From Catajapyx aquilonaris (Eukaryota), in contig KZ538627.1 in assembly GCA_000934665.2 (NCBI GenBank), positions 62,001 through 126,000 of the forward strand: DNA of 64,000 nt, read 5' to 3'. Made by a program: the position numbers and the translations under genes. Each line of letters begins with the position of its first letter. Positions within the stretch are counted from its first letter, which is position 1. Below the pieces are notes generated by a model. That model saw only the letters and a list, made by a program, of their open reading frames with translations. It was not told the DNA's origin and made no database searches. Shown piece after piece: positions 38,451 to 51,290 of this stretch.

Positions 38451-40716
38451 GTGTGAAGAACGGGCTCTCCTGAGAGTGAATGAATGAACGAAATTTTGTT
38501 TAATATTTATAATTTTTTTGCAATAGTGTATTGTCTGGATATATTATTTTAACTTGTGTTTTACAGATGGCTTGCCACACCTTCTTAATAACTAGGGTCG
38601 TATATGATGGTATTTCAATATCCCGTAAACTTTACGTGACAAAATAATATTGGACAATATTTTGGGGGGAAGAGGACACCCCACGTCCAGGTGGTATGAA
38701 AATAGGGTCTGGCAGGTTGGATCAGAGTTGAAAGAGGCCACGTGTTCAACACGTCGCGTCCCATTTCCTACCAATTACCGCGCCATACCACACCTCTCAA
38801 AGAGCAGTCGATACTAACGGGGGATGAGAGAGGAGGTAGGGATGGGAGGGGTTCCCCCCATTAAGCCATGTAATAGGATTGTAATGGTGGCATACTTTTT
38901 CCTTCATTGCAGCCGATATAGCGCGCCAAAGTGCAAGTCACGTGATTTTGCCAATAGAGACATTCAAAGGGGTGGGCTGGAATGTGCAAATCGACGCCCA
39001 TTTGTTTTGGCGGGGAAAAAAACCCCACGGGCTATGTATAAGCTAGGCAGGAAATTTATGTCATCGTCCTATATGTACACTCTGAAAATGGTTGAACTGT
39101 TCAATGTGTGCTACATAAATATTTATAAAGTTCATAACCACACATGTCCAAGGTACAGCATTCGACACTTCCATTGTCACGTCCAGACAGTGTCTGCTGC
39201 ACATTAAAATCGTACTTTAAATTGATCACAAATTTAATGTATATTTAGATGTTTTAAATGAAGTGCAAAATTAAAATATTCGAAATAAAATGCAATGTAA
39301 AATTAAAATATTTGAAATAAAATTTAAAATTAAATAATTATATTGAAATAAAATTTAAAATTAAATAATTATATTGAAATAAAATTTAAAATGGCATGGA
39401 TTAAAATTAAATTTAAAATGAAATATACGAAAACAAAATTCACATTGAAATATACGAAAACAAAAATTCATATTGAAATATAGGAAAACAAAATTTGAAA
39501 TAGTTATATTTATAATAAAACTTTAAATGATATAGAGTCAAATTGAAATTTAAACTGAATTGTTTGAAAACAAAATTTAAAATGAAATACATACATCTTA
39601 CTTCAAACAAATTTTAATATAAATACAGAATTTAAAACACTATATGGTGTATTATTTTGAAATACGATTTAAAATTTATTTTATTTTATTTTAAAATATT
39701 AAAACAAATGTAGGCTAACAATGTTTAGAATCAAACTAAAATATAATTGTAATTAAAACAAGGTTAAGACAAATATCATCATATTTAAATCACGCTAAAA
39801 TAAAATATCATAATTATATTTATAATAAGGTTATATTAAAATACTATAAGTTTTAAGTATAATGGCAATGAAAATTAATGCATGTTAACTTGTAAATCTA
39901 CAACAACAAAAATTTGAGAGATCCTGTACGGCAAGAAATTCAACCTGTTTCACACAGTTGAATGCCGTCTTACTTGAAAATAACGGTAACATCAGCGCCC
40001 CTGTTTTGCCCACAATATAAATCAACCACTGCAGTAGCAGTGAGTCTGATTTATACTGTGCGACGCCCAGGTGTGCCAATCCTAGTTTTTGTTCAAGTAA
40101 GAGGGCCTTAAACTATCATAAACATAGCAGATTCCGGGCATGAATCAAGGCTGCGATCGCGTGTGTATATTAAGCGCCAAGATTGCTCGAATCCACCCCG
40201 TGAACCTCGACCTGATTGGCTGGCCCGCCTTACCTCGCCGCAGCCAACCAGCTCCATTGATTTAGTGGACGCGGGGAAGTCCCCAAGGAGATTACCCAAG
40301 GCGGATGAGAATGGCAGGATTCCCAGTGTGCATTTCCCCGTGTAAGAAAAAAAAAGTGTGTGACATAGGTCCGGATTCCTTCCTTCCAGAAAATCCGGGA
40401 TCAAGCCCTGGGAGATAGAACCCGTTCCCTGCATAAGGGTCTTCATTACATGGCGGTGTCTTGGTTTACAAGGTGTCGTTTCATTTGGTGGGAGCCTTGA
40501 CACAACCCCTTTCTTGCCACTCCATAAAAATACGGGGGAAAGGTAGGCCCCGGATTATGGCTGACATATCCAATCCTGGAGTCTCTTGCAACCCAGATTC
40601 GGGCATTCAGTTAGGGTTTTCAGGACCCAAAATGGCCGAAACTTCTTCAATAAGTCTTCTGACACTCCTACCTCAGCCTTATGAAGACCCCTGTGAGGTT
40701 ACTTGCTGTTCCCGTA

Positions 40717-40909
40717 GGGAGTGGGATTGCCGCTTCGGCGCTGGTGTACCGTAGTCCCCAACCGTGTGGCGATCATGCCTTTAGTGGAATCATAGAGTCC
40801 ACGGTCTTATAACATCGATGCGAAGTGATTCTACTAAAGGCAGAATCGTCCGCCAGGATAGCCACCAAATTAGGGACTACACCAGCGCCAAAGCGGCAAC
40901 CCCACTCCC
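40717..40909. mobile_element. MITE with TA TSD and GC-rich TIRs of about 40 bp
   Basis: TA-gggagtgggattgccgcttcggcgctggtgta..gtagtccc / gggactacaccagcgccaaagcggcaaccccactccc-TA. Confidence 0.78.
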
Positions 40910-41967
40910 TATTGGTGAGAACTGATAAGTGACCAGACCAGTATGGTCTGTGCCTCTGCTTGTCCAGGGTGTCATCAACGGAAGGACTTTCGTAATGGGA
41001 AACCGAATGTGGTAGAGGCATGGGCACGCTGCACCAACCTATCCCATGACTTAACCTTCCTTCCCAGCGGATACAGGCCTATCCTTCAGCAGATACACGC
41101 CTAGAAAATTAGGTAAAATTGCGGGTGTCTCCTGTTATGAAAGAGTAGCCTTCTTCAACTACTTACCATCCTGAGAGTGGCCATTTTTGTCAGGGATGTG
41201 GTACTACGTAGACATTCAAGCAGTTTTGTCAGATGGTCATTATCGTGTAGGGATATCAGGGCGTGTCTATTGCGCTCCAATTAATTCATAGCAACATCCA
41301 AGGTTTGGATGACATTTCCGCAAGCAAGAGGTTTTGGGTCTCTTCCCCAGGTGAAATTTACATTGGCATCTTGCGAGGTCACAGGTTATATAGAAGGCAC
41401 GCAAACCCGGAAACTTTGCCCCTCCCCACATCCGGAGCCTTCCCACCCCCCTCCCAGAAGTATGCGGTACTAATTTACAAGTCTGTCCACAAAATTCCTG
41501 AGACTCTTCGCAAAAGCAAGTCTGCCAAGCAAGCTGATTCGCAAGCTACCTTTCCAGACCACACCCTTCTTCTTCATTATGCTTCGCAGCATGGGAAAGG
41601 TGTGTTTTTGCACCTCTCTGGGCTGCTTCCGACACAACTACTGCAATGCCAATTACATTTTCATACCTAGCAGCTGCAGCCCCTGCCACTTCATAATCCC
41701 GTCATAGATTGGCTTCCTGTGTACAGCGTTAATTGCATTTCTCGCCTACCTTGTTTCCGGGGGGGGCGAGGATTACATCTAGCATACTTTTGAGAGGGTT
41801 GCATACCGGGGGTTGTACCCTCGTACAATTTTTAGATGTACTGTATAATTATCAAGCACAGTCTGGCTGTCTGTCCGGAGAAATGGGAGGGAACCCGCTG
41901 GAAGGAGTTGTAAGGAGCCAATCACGACCAGTCGGGCCAGTCACGAAACTCAGGGCGGACCCAGGAG

Positions 41968-42850
41968 TATCGATATAATATGGATACATAACACGAATAT
42001 CGATATACAGACATACAGTGTGTTCCAAGTTCGTAGGTCACTTTTCTTATCACTAATATTCCCCGAAGTGGTTATTTTTTGTAGTTTGTTGTGCCCCTAA
42101 TCAGTTGCACTATTCTGTTATATTCGACCACTTGGGAGTCTTGGGGCAACTGATTAGGGGCACAACAAGCTGTAATAAAATAACCACTTCGGGCATGATT
42201 AGGGATTAGAAAAGTGACCCACGAACTTGGAATACCCTGTATATGGATACATATAACATGAATATCGATACACATTACATTCCAGTAATTTCTGTCAATA
42301 CATACCATGAATATCGATATATTGACACATTACACGAATATCGATATATTGACACATTACACGAATATCGATACAATTACATTACATGAATATCGATACA
42401 ATTACATTAAGTGAATACCGATACACATTACATTCCAGTAATTTTCATGTCAAAACATACGATGAATATCGATATATTGATAATTTACACTAATATCGGT
42501 ATATTGATAAATTACACTAATATCTATGTATTGATAAATTACATTCATATCGATATATTGATAAATTATATTAATATCGATATATTGAACCGTAACATTA
42601 ATATCGATATATTCAACCGTTACATTAATATCGATATATTCAACCGTTACATTAATATCGATATATTGAACCGTTACATTAATATCGATATATTGAACCG
42701 TTACATTAATATCGATACACAATGCGTCATTGTGTCCAGATATGCGGTACCATGAGTATCAATATGTCCGTACATGCATAAATATCGATGTTTCGGTACA
42801 TCAATGAATATCGATAATTCGGCCTACTCCAGGAATATTGATATATCGAG
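41968..42850. repeat. 27-bp ATCGAT-core minisatellite island
   Basis: aatatcgatatattgaaccgttacatt units, interrupted by a family B MITE. Confidence 0.9.
42016..42239. mobile_element. MITE family B copy with TA TSD, inserted in an ATCGAT satellite
   Basis: TA-cagtgtgttccaagttcgtaggtcacttttct...agaaaagtgacccacgaacttggaataccctg-TA. Confidence 0.88.
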
Positions 42851-44572
42851 ACAAGCGATTAATTGGAGTGCAATAAATACCCTGTTTTTGAAGCCAATAA
42901 TTATAGCAAACTTGCATAGAGTTCATCCTGCATGTTTGTCCGAATTATTATGAAACACACTGTGTTTTGCAAATTGTGTGCCGAATTATTCTGTCGCGTT
43001 TAGTCCGTTGTGAGGGGTCTGTATTAGAGCCCGTTCCTATGCACGTGGCGTAATGAATGAACTCTCCGCACTATAACTCCCGGTAAGGAAAACAGGGCGC
43101 CATTCTTCATCTGCGTAATGGCGCTTGTCGGCTCCCTTCCTCTTTACCCCCTCCAACCCCAACCCCCCTCAGCATGCAGCAGTCACTTTTTTTTTTTTTG
43201 CAAAAAGGAAAGGGAGGGGGGGCGATGTCTTAGGGAGGAGGAGGAGGGGAGAGTCTCTCTCCCTCCAGCTGAGCCTTCCCCTAAGTTGGGAGGCTCCAAA
43301 CTAACTACAGCACTACACTTGCTCCTGGGTGAAACGAATCGCTGCGAAACTTGCTGCCTGGCGTTTTCAGCTGACACTCTGTCAACAGCTTGCAACGCGC
43401 TTGAAAAATATGCCTACCTTCCCCCCTACCAGCTCCCGACTCTCTCTGCTTTAAAAAAAATGGCGTCATATAGGCAATGTTCGGTGCAAAAGTTTCGTGT
43501 TGCCAGAGGATGGTCAGTGTTGGGTCCATTTGTCCGCCAGGCGGTCAGTTAGGCTACAGGATACGGGGGCAGGCGGTGGAAGTGTCGTAGTCTGTGTCCG
43601 CCAGCTTTCAATTAAGCACATGATTGTTTATCTTTGATTATTAATGATGAAATGTCATTAATAACATTAATATACATGTTGCAATAATTTAATATTTCCA
43701 CAAAAATTTATTGATATTGTATATTCAAAACAACAACAACAACAACAACAACAACATCACGACATTTCCCTATGAGGGGTAGTCAGCGATGAAGGGAGAC
43801 GCAAGCTAACCCAACATATGAACTAATAAAACTCATGAGAATAAACAATAGAATTATATTTATTATGAAATCAATTGAATATCATTCATCATTAATATTT
43901 ATTATTGTGGGAGTAAACTTCATAATTAATATTAATAATAATTCTAATACGCAATGTTATTATTTTATTACTGCATTTTATTTAACATTCTTGATTTATT
44001 ATTAAATATCGCAGGATTAAATTTCTGGTATTCAGCCCCATTAACTTTCTTACTGAATATTTTTATTGCAAGAAAAATTGAAACACAAAGATTAATAAAC
44101 TGTTACGTAACATAATAATATATTATTGAATCAAAACAGTTATTCAATTAAATAAAAATTGAATTGAAAGTTATTCAATTAAATGAATATTTAATTGAAA
44201 GTTATTCAATTTAATGGCAATTGAATTGAAGCAGTTATTCAATTTAATAACAACTGATCAAACCAGTTATTCAATTTAATAACAACTGATCAAACCAGTT
44301 ATTCAATTCAATAGCAATGGCAATGAAACAGTTATTTACTGTAATAACAGCTGAAAGTATAATCCTGATATTAATGCTGATTATCTAGATAACCATGCAG
44401 GATTCAGAGATCAAACGACGCCTCTACATAACTTGATCCTCTATAGTGACAATAATGGTCACTCAAGAAGTTTGTCCGAATCATTACGAAGCACCCTGCA
44501 TACCTTGCACCCGTTGGCAACACTGCCTGTTATTTTCATAAGTCTAACGATCTCCTCCATGAGGTGAAGTTG

Positions 44573-44576
<4 letters not shown>

Positions 44577-44626
<50 letters not shown>
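44577..44626. repeat. (GA)n microsatellite
   Basis: Directly visible; shorter GA/CT runs at about 2949, 13183 and 25817. Confidence 0.95.
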
Positions 44627-44630
<4 letters not shown>

Positions 44631-45079
44631 GAAGCGGGCCTCCCCCACCAAAAACTCGTCATTCTTGAAAACACCAGTGGATCCTGGAGGGGGCTACAAG
44701 TATATGGCAGTCGTAAACACATTACGGGGGCCTTTTACTCGCCAGTACACCTGACGGGTATAAATATTTATTANNGGGGGGAGGGTGGGGGGGGGGGGGG
44801 GGGGAAGCCCCTTGTCCACACGGAAGGGGGGCGGATCCTCACATAAACCCTACAGCTGCCTCGCCAAACCCATAAAGTTCTGACAGTGTATAGTTGACGC
44901 TCCGTTACTTTTTCCAAATTTAACGGGCCGTTGAGATGGCTAAATTGTCTGCATGCATTACCCAGGGATAAAGTGTTTCGCCATTTCGGAGATTTTTAGC
45001 AGTCGCTTGAAATGCCTCTTTTCTTTAGCTGTGTTTAAATCAGACGGCCATCTTACCCTGTAATAGCGTAGTAGTTTCT

Positions 45080-46450
45080 CTGTACTAACTGTTATTCGTG
45101 ACTGTTATGAAAACTGATTCGTTGGTGATTCTTTGCTGTGATCTAGTATCTGTTATTATGATTTACAGTGATCAAGTACCATAGCTGTTATTATGATTTA
45201 CAGTGATCTAGTAGCTGTTATTATGATTTACAGTGATCTAGCAGCTGTTATTATGATTTAAACAGCCTAAACAGCTCTTCCATCTTTCACGCACTATAGA
45301 TTACTGTAAAATAACTTCTCTGAATTCATGCAGCAAAATAGCGGCAACCAGGATTATTCCTGTCCAACTACTTCAACAATAACTGTAAAATAACTGCTAC
45401 TTTTTCACTGACTTGCTACTTTACCACGGCATGTAAAAGAACGGCTAATGCATTCGTGTCGTAAAAGAATCGCCATTGCACAGTGTAAAATAACTCCTAT
45501 TAAGTAAAGTAACTGTTATTACGAGTAGTAAACTAATGCCTATTGCATTATAATAAATACAGCAAAATAACGCTTTTTACATACGTGATGTAAAACAACA
45601 TATAATAAAATACCGTAGGCCTACCTTGTAACAATAATTATTATAGGGTCTAAAGGTTCTCGCAAGCAAATAACTACTACTAGATTACTCCAAAAGATAA
45701 TAACCGCTACTAATCACTAAAAGCACAATAACAGCGACTATTAGATCACTACAAAGGTAACAGCTACCAGATCACTGCAAAGAATAATAGTAGCTTCTGA
45801 ACTCTACGAAGTATAATAACAGCTAGCAATTTATCAGTTTATGACTCAGGAGATCTAAGAGATCTGTTATTATACTTCACAGCTTATTATACTTTTAGTG
45901 ATCTAGTCGCTGTTATTATACTTCACAGCTTATTATACTTTTAGTGATCTAGTCGCTGTTATTATACTTCACAGCTTATTATACTTTTAGTGATCTAGTC
46001 GCTGTTATTATACTTCACAGCTTATTATACTTTTAGTGATCTAGTCGCTGTTATTATACTTCACAGCTTATTATCCTTTGTAGTGATCTAGTCGCTGTTA
46101 TTATCCTTTGTAGTGATCTAGTCGCTGTTATTATCCTTTGTAGTGATCAAGTCGCTGTTATTATCCTTGGTAGTGATCTAGTCGCTGTTATTATCCTTCA
46201 CAGCTTATTATACTTTTAGTGATCTAGTCGCTGTTATTATACTTCACAGCTTATTATACTTTTAGTGATCTAGTCGCTGTTATTATACTTCACAGCTTAT
46301 TATCCTTTGTAGTGATCTAGTCGCTGTTATTATCCTTTGTAGTGATCAAGTCGCTGTTATTATCCTTGGTAGTGATCTAGTCGCTGTTATTATCCTTTGC
46401 AGTGATCTAGTCGCTGATATTATAATTCTTAGTGATTATAGTAGCGATTA
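45080..46450. repeat. Satellite island with mixed 46-bp and 30-bp units
   Basis: gatctagtcgctgttattatacttcacagcttattatacttttagt and gatctagtcgctgttattatcctttgtagt at 45860-46430; a related motif in the opposite orientation at 45660-45830. Confidence 0.93.
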
Positions 46451-47916
46451 TTAGGGCCTATCCTTAGCAGCAGCTTAGACCTCCTGAGGCTAAACTGCTA
46501 CCTTCTAGCTTTTACGCACAGTAAATCTAGTTGCGAGTGGCGCCTGTGCGTGCGAGTACAACATAATTATGACCCCCTCCAAACGTACTAATTAGCGTCC
46601 TTCCCCCGTTTGGCTAACAACCCGAAGCAACTCTGAAATCACCCGTATGACACTTTAACGACCACCTGGGTTCGCACAAAAGCCTTTCGCATGTTGGCTC
46701 ATCTAGCAAGAGGGGAGTCAAAATGATGGGGGGAGGGACGCATGCAACAGGCTCCAGAAAATAAGGGGGTGTCCCTCCCTCCCCCACACCCCCCATGTCA
46801 CAAAAGGAGGAAGGTAGCCCTGGTATTTTTCCCAAAGGCAAAGAAAGAGATGGCTCTCTTTTTGCCTCAAAAACGAGGAAGCGCTTTACCAATCTAATTT
46901 CCACGTCCGGGAGATACGTCCCCCCCGCTTTACGACGACGGAGAAGAGGAAAACTGTCGCCAAAAGGAAACGCGACTAGAGACACTCGTAATAATCCCAT
47001 CCACCGACCAGGCCATTAAAAAATTAAGGGGGCTAGTCCGGGGGAGGTAGGGGGTAAGAATAATGAGCAAGTTTTGCTGGGGTGGCGTCTGGTGTATTGT
47101 TATACACTCTTTGTTTTAGGCAAATGAGAGGAATCAGCTGGAATTATTAGTCATCCTGTGTGGCAACAAAACAACGCAGCAGCTGAATGCACACGCAACG
47201 AACGCGTCAACTGCTGTGTAATGTAATGTTATACGTCCATGTGAATTGGTGTAAGCAAATATAATTAGAAATAGTAACTATGATGCGTAAAGCCGAACGT
47301 AAGCGTAAAACGCGTTGATTGAACCGTAGACGTAATAATGTACTGTACGTAGAGTTATCACGAGTTATCAGTAAATGCAAAGTATGTATTCGTGAAGTAT
47401 GTAAAGTACAACTTAAATATAGAGTACGTATAAAGCAATACAAACTTATGTCTCCCCCCCTCTTCACCCCTTTGCAGCTACCATGTACTTTGCATTTTTA
47501 AGCTGTACATAAAGGGACCCAAGGTCAAGCTGTAGCGAATATTTTTTGTAAAATGAAGATCTGGGGGAGCCCCCCATGTATGGGCATTTGCCTAACTGGG
47601 TACACAAATAAATAATAATAATAATAATAATATAGAGTACGTATATTGAACCGTAAATGCATATTTCGCAAATAAAATGTAAACGTAAAGTACGCAGAGT
47701 AAGTAGTAAACGCAAAGCACTTACGTATGGGCCTACGTTGAGTAAAACGTAAACGTAACATAATAGTTACGTAAAGTAAGTAGTAAACGTAAATCACTTA
47801 ATTATGGCCCTACGATGACGTAAGTGTATCATATAAAATTAAACGTAGTTGTAAACCGTTAATTGAGTAAGTAAAACGTAACCTACGTAACCGTAACATA
47901 AACCGAAGTAAATGCA

Positions 47917-48001
47917 GGCCCATTTACAAGTAGCAAAGTGGAGAATTCTGATTGGCTGACAGTCCCTACTTCCGTTAGGACCGTCAACGTGTAAATGGGG
48001 C
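47917..48001. mobile_element. Short PIF/Harbinger-like MITE remnant
   Basis: Ends ggcccatttaca / tgtaaatggggc (11 of 12 match), resembling Harbinger-type termini; the TSD is not clean. Confidence 0.5.
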
Positions 48002-49524
48002 TTTAAATGTGTAAAACCGACACATATCCAATCCGTAACGGATTATGAACGTACAGTAGTTAAGCACAAGCATCGCCGCCTGGCGGAGCTTTTCCTTCGA
48101 TTCAGGAACAGCTCCGCCAGGCGGCAATACTTGTGCTTATCCATTAATTTCCACCATTGTACCGGTACCTATAAACCGTAACTACAGTAGCGAACCGTAA
48201 AATGCCAAAATATGAAAACGTAGGATCCAGAGCACCATCTTCGACCCCCTCCCCCCAAAAAAATCCGGTTAAAAATTCGTGGGGGGAGGGAAGGGGGGTT
48301 GGGGCAATATCTCCCGTCAGATTGTGAAAGAGCAGAACCGCCTGTGGCTTAAGATTTGGCCTCCATGCCCTCCCTTCTTTCCCTTACCCTCCTCAGCCGC
48401 CATTGTGTATAGTCGAGGCTTGTTGCCTTCATATTTTGCGCTTGTTGATATTGCGGGGCATTGCGGGTTTATTACAAACGTGAGGCTCATCCGGAAGGAC
48501 GCCTGGGATGCCTGAGACGCCCGGATGCGTATTCTGCTCAGCACAAGGCAATAATCCAACCCCCTTCCCCCACCGTAACACCAGGCCACAACCACACAGA
48601 CACCCCCATCTCTCCCTTTCCCCAGGCTTTAATTTGGGAATACGGGTACACAGATTTCTTCCCTCCCCACTCCTCCCATCCCGGCCCTATCCTCCTCTCT
48701 CCACTTTTCTTTCGTCACCTGCGCTGCTGGTGTGTGTGTGCCAACCCAATAGACGCAATATCAAGGGCTGGGACTATGATTTGAATCGTCAGCTGAATTT
48801 GGAAGAGGAAAGGTCTGGTATAGGGAGAAGGGGGTTGATTGTCTAGTGCGCCTGAAGGAAGTTGGGGCCAATTTGGAGCCGCCATCTTAGATGGCGGGAG
48901 GGGGGTCAAAATGGCGGTGAAATGACCTTAGGGCTTGCTCAACCACAACTCATACTACCTATAAACTTGTATAATGAACGTAAATATGAATTAAATAAAT
49001 ATAATCAGTTACAGTTTTAGCATAAAACAAATTGTTAATTTAATATACAGACTTAATTTTTAATCTTTAATTAGGAAGTTTAATTCGTAATTCAATATGC
49101 GCGCATGATTATATTTTAAATTACAGGCTTAACCATAATTGTTTTAAATACAGGCTTAATTACAAATTGAATTTTCAAGCTTAATTATATTTTCAGTTTA
49201 CGAGTTTAATGATAAATAATTATTATACACTGCTTATACATATTATTGTACAGTTCAAGCATATCTAGATTATCAATTTATAGCAGTAACCTACATTAAA
49301 AATAATTAAAGTGAGATGAGAGTAATGAGTAGTTAATCGCCCTATTAAAAATTAATTTATGAATTAAAATTAAATATCTAACCTCCTTGAAAATAAAAGC
49401 GTGAGCTAATTAAAATGTGTCAACAATTAAATCTTGATCACATGACTTCACAAGCAGTTTAGTGTGATGAACATGTTTAAAATGTTCCCAAATTATCTAG
49501 ATGTTTAATATTACTGAACTAACT

Positions 49525-49737
49525 TACAAGTAGTGTTACTTGATCATTCTGCAAAGTAAGTAGTAGCTACTATAAGCTTGTAAGTGGTTTGGCGCCATCT
49601 ACGTCACTGGCATGTTAAACATGACGTTAATTATTATTATTCAAGAGACTAATGTTAGTACACTACAAGTTGTGTTATTCGATCATTTTTCTAAGTTAGT
49701 AGTAGCTACTAAGCTTGTAAGTGGTTGGGCGCCATCT
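49525..49737. repeat. Diverged tandem duplication
   Basis: tacaagt.gtgtta.t.gatcatt...agtagtagctact..aagcttgtaagtggtt.ggcgccatct occurs twice. Confidence 0.85.
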
Positions 49738-50569
49738 TGTATGGATGACGTCACCCTCATCCATCAAACATGACTGCCGTTTAAGTCCAGACGTAAGTAA
49801 GCGATCCATCACATTTACCTCCGACTTTTTAAAAAAAAGTGGACATGACGCGACGTCATTTGAGGACAAGCCTTAGGGACAAGGAACTAGTGTCTTTTTC
49901 CCTCCCCGACAGTTCATTTTCTATTCTCCTCCGCCAGTGAAAAATAACCCTCCGATTTGGGAGAAAGGTTTTCTTTTTTAAAACCCCGGTAATAATTTCT
50001 TTATAGCCCCCTTTTTGCTCTCTTGCGCCCAAGATAGGCCCCGCAGAAAAATTCTTCCAAAAAAAAAGGAGAGAAGATTGGATTCTAGGAGGTGACAATT
50101 TCTCTCCTACTCTTTTTTTGTGTGTCGTCGTCGCCTTCCGCTGTCACCCAAAAGCCCAGGATGAAGAAGGAAAGGCCCCGCCAAGCACACCCCTCCGCCT
50201 ACTCTTTAAAGTAAAAAGAAGAAGAAGAAGAAGAAGATTCAAAGGAAAAGCGAGACAAGTCAAAACCCGCCCAGTTTCGGAGCAATTTATTCCCCTTGCC
50301 TAAATTCTCGGAGGAGTAAAATGGAGGAGGAAGAGACAAATGAAGAGGCGACAGAGGTTGGTTGGAGAGAGACGATCCTTTGGTTTCTCAACCCCCCTTT
50401 TCCACCCTCGTCGCTCATAGCAGTTTCGCTATTAATAGCCGGATCCAATAGCGGCTATTTCATATCGCCGTTATCAAGTTGTCGTGACTTGTAACCTGAT
50501 GAAACCTAACTTAGGAAGGTATGAGTGTAGCATAAATGGTTCAAGTAAAACTGACACTAAGTTAGTGGC

Positions 50570-51290
50570 AGAAATAATGACTGCTAAGAACTCTAGTAGT
50601 GCCATAAAAATTACTGCTACTTTCATAGTGACGGATGAAATTACTGCTACTCTCATAGTGACAGAGGAAATTACTGCTACTAAAGGAGTGACAGTTAACA
50701 TTACTGCTACTACAGTAGTCATTACTGCCAATAAAATAGTAGCAGGTAACATTATTGTTGCTAAAGTAGTGGCAGGTATGCTACTGGAATACAAATAATA
50801 CCCCTACACTGTAAGCCTCAGCTATTAAAGCTACTTGGTCTGCTAGATATGAGGGTACTGCTAGAATACAACCAGTTTAATTCTACTATAAAGACTCATT
50901 AAACTGAGCACTATTTAAAAAAGTAACTGCTACTGTAGTACAAGCACAAAATAACCGCTAGTGAGGAACAAGCAAAAAAATAACTGCTAGTTAAGAACGA
51001 GTAAAAATAACTACTAGTAAAGAACAAGCAAAAAATAACTACTAGTTAAGAACAAGCAAAAATAACTACTAGTGAAGAACAAGCAAAAATAACTACTAGT
51101 GAAGAACAAGATAAAATACCTGCTACTGTGGCACAACCAAAATAACTGCTAGTGGAGCAAAACGCAGAAACTAACTGCTGTGGAGTAAAACCCAGAAAAT
51201 AACTGCTGCTAGAGTAACACCAGTAAAAATCACTTATACGAAATAAAAATCACGTAAAATCACGGCTAATAAAAATCACTTCCTACAGTT
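50570..51290. repeat. TAACTGCTA island (reverse orientation of the AGTAGCAGTTA family)
   Basis: attactgctact units followed by agaacaagcaaaaataactactagt units. Confidence 0.85.

Noticed and set aside
45860..46430. CRISPR-like appearance of regular 30/46-bp repeats (also 53160-53900 and 14185-14395)
   Set aside because: The units are directly tandem with no unique spacers, there are no cas genes, and the context is a eukaryotic intron-exon locus.
50474..50798. Overlapping ORFs on both strands (ITAT / VAVI repeats)
   Set aside because: They derive from the ATTACTGCTACT satellite.
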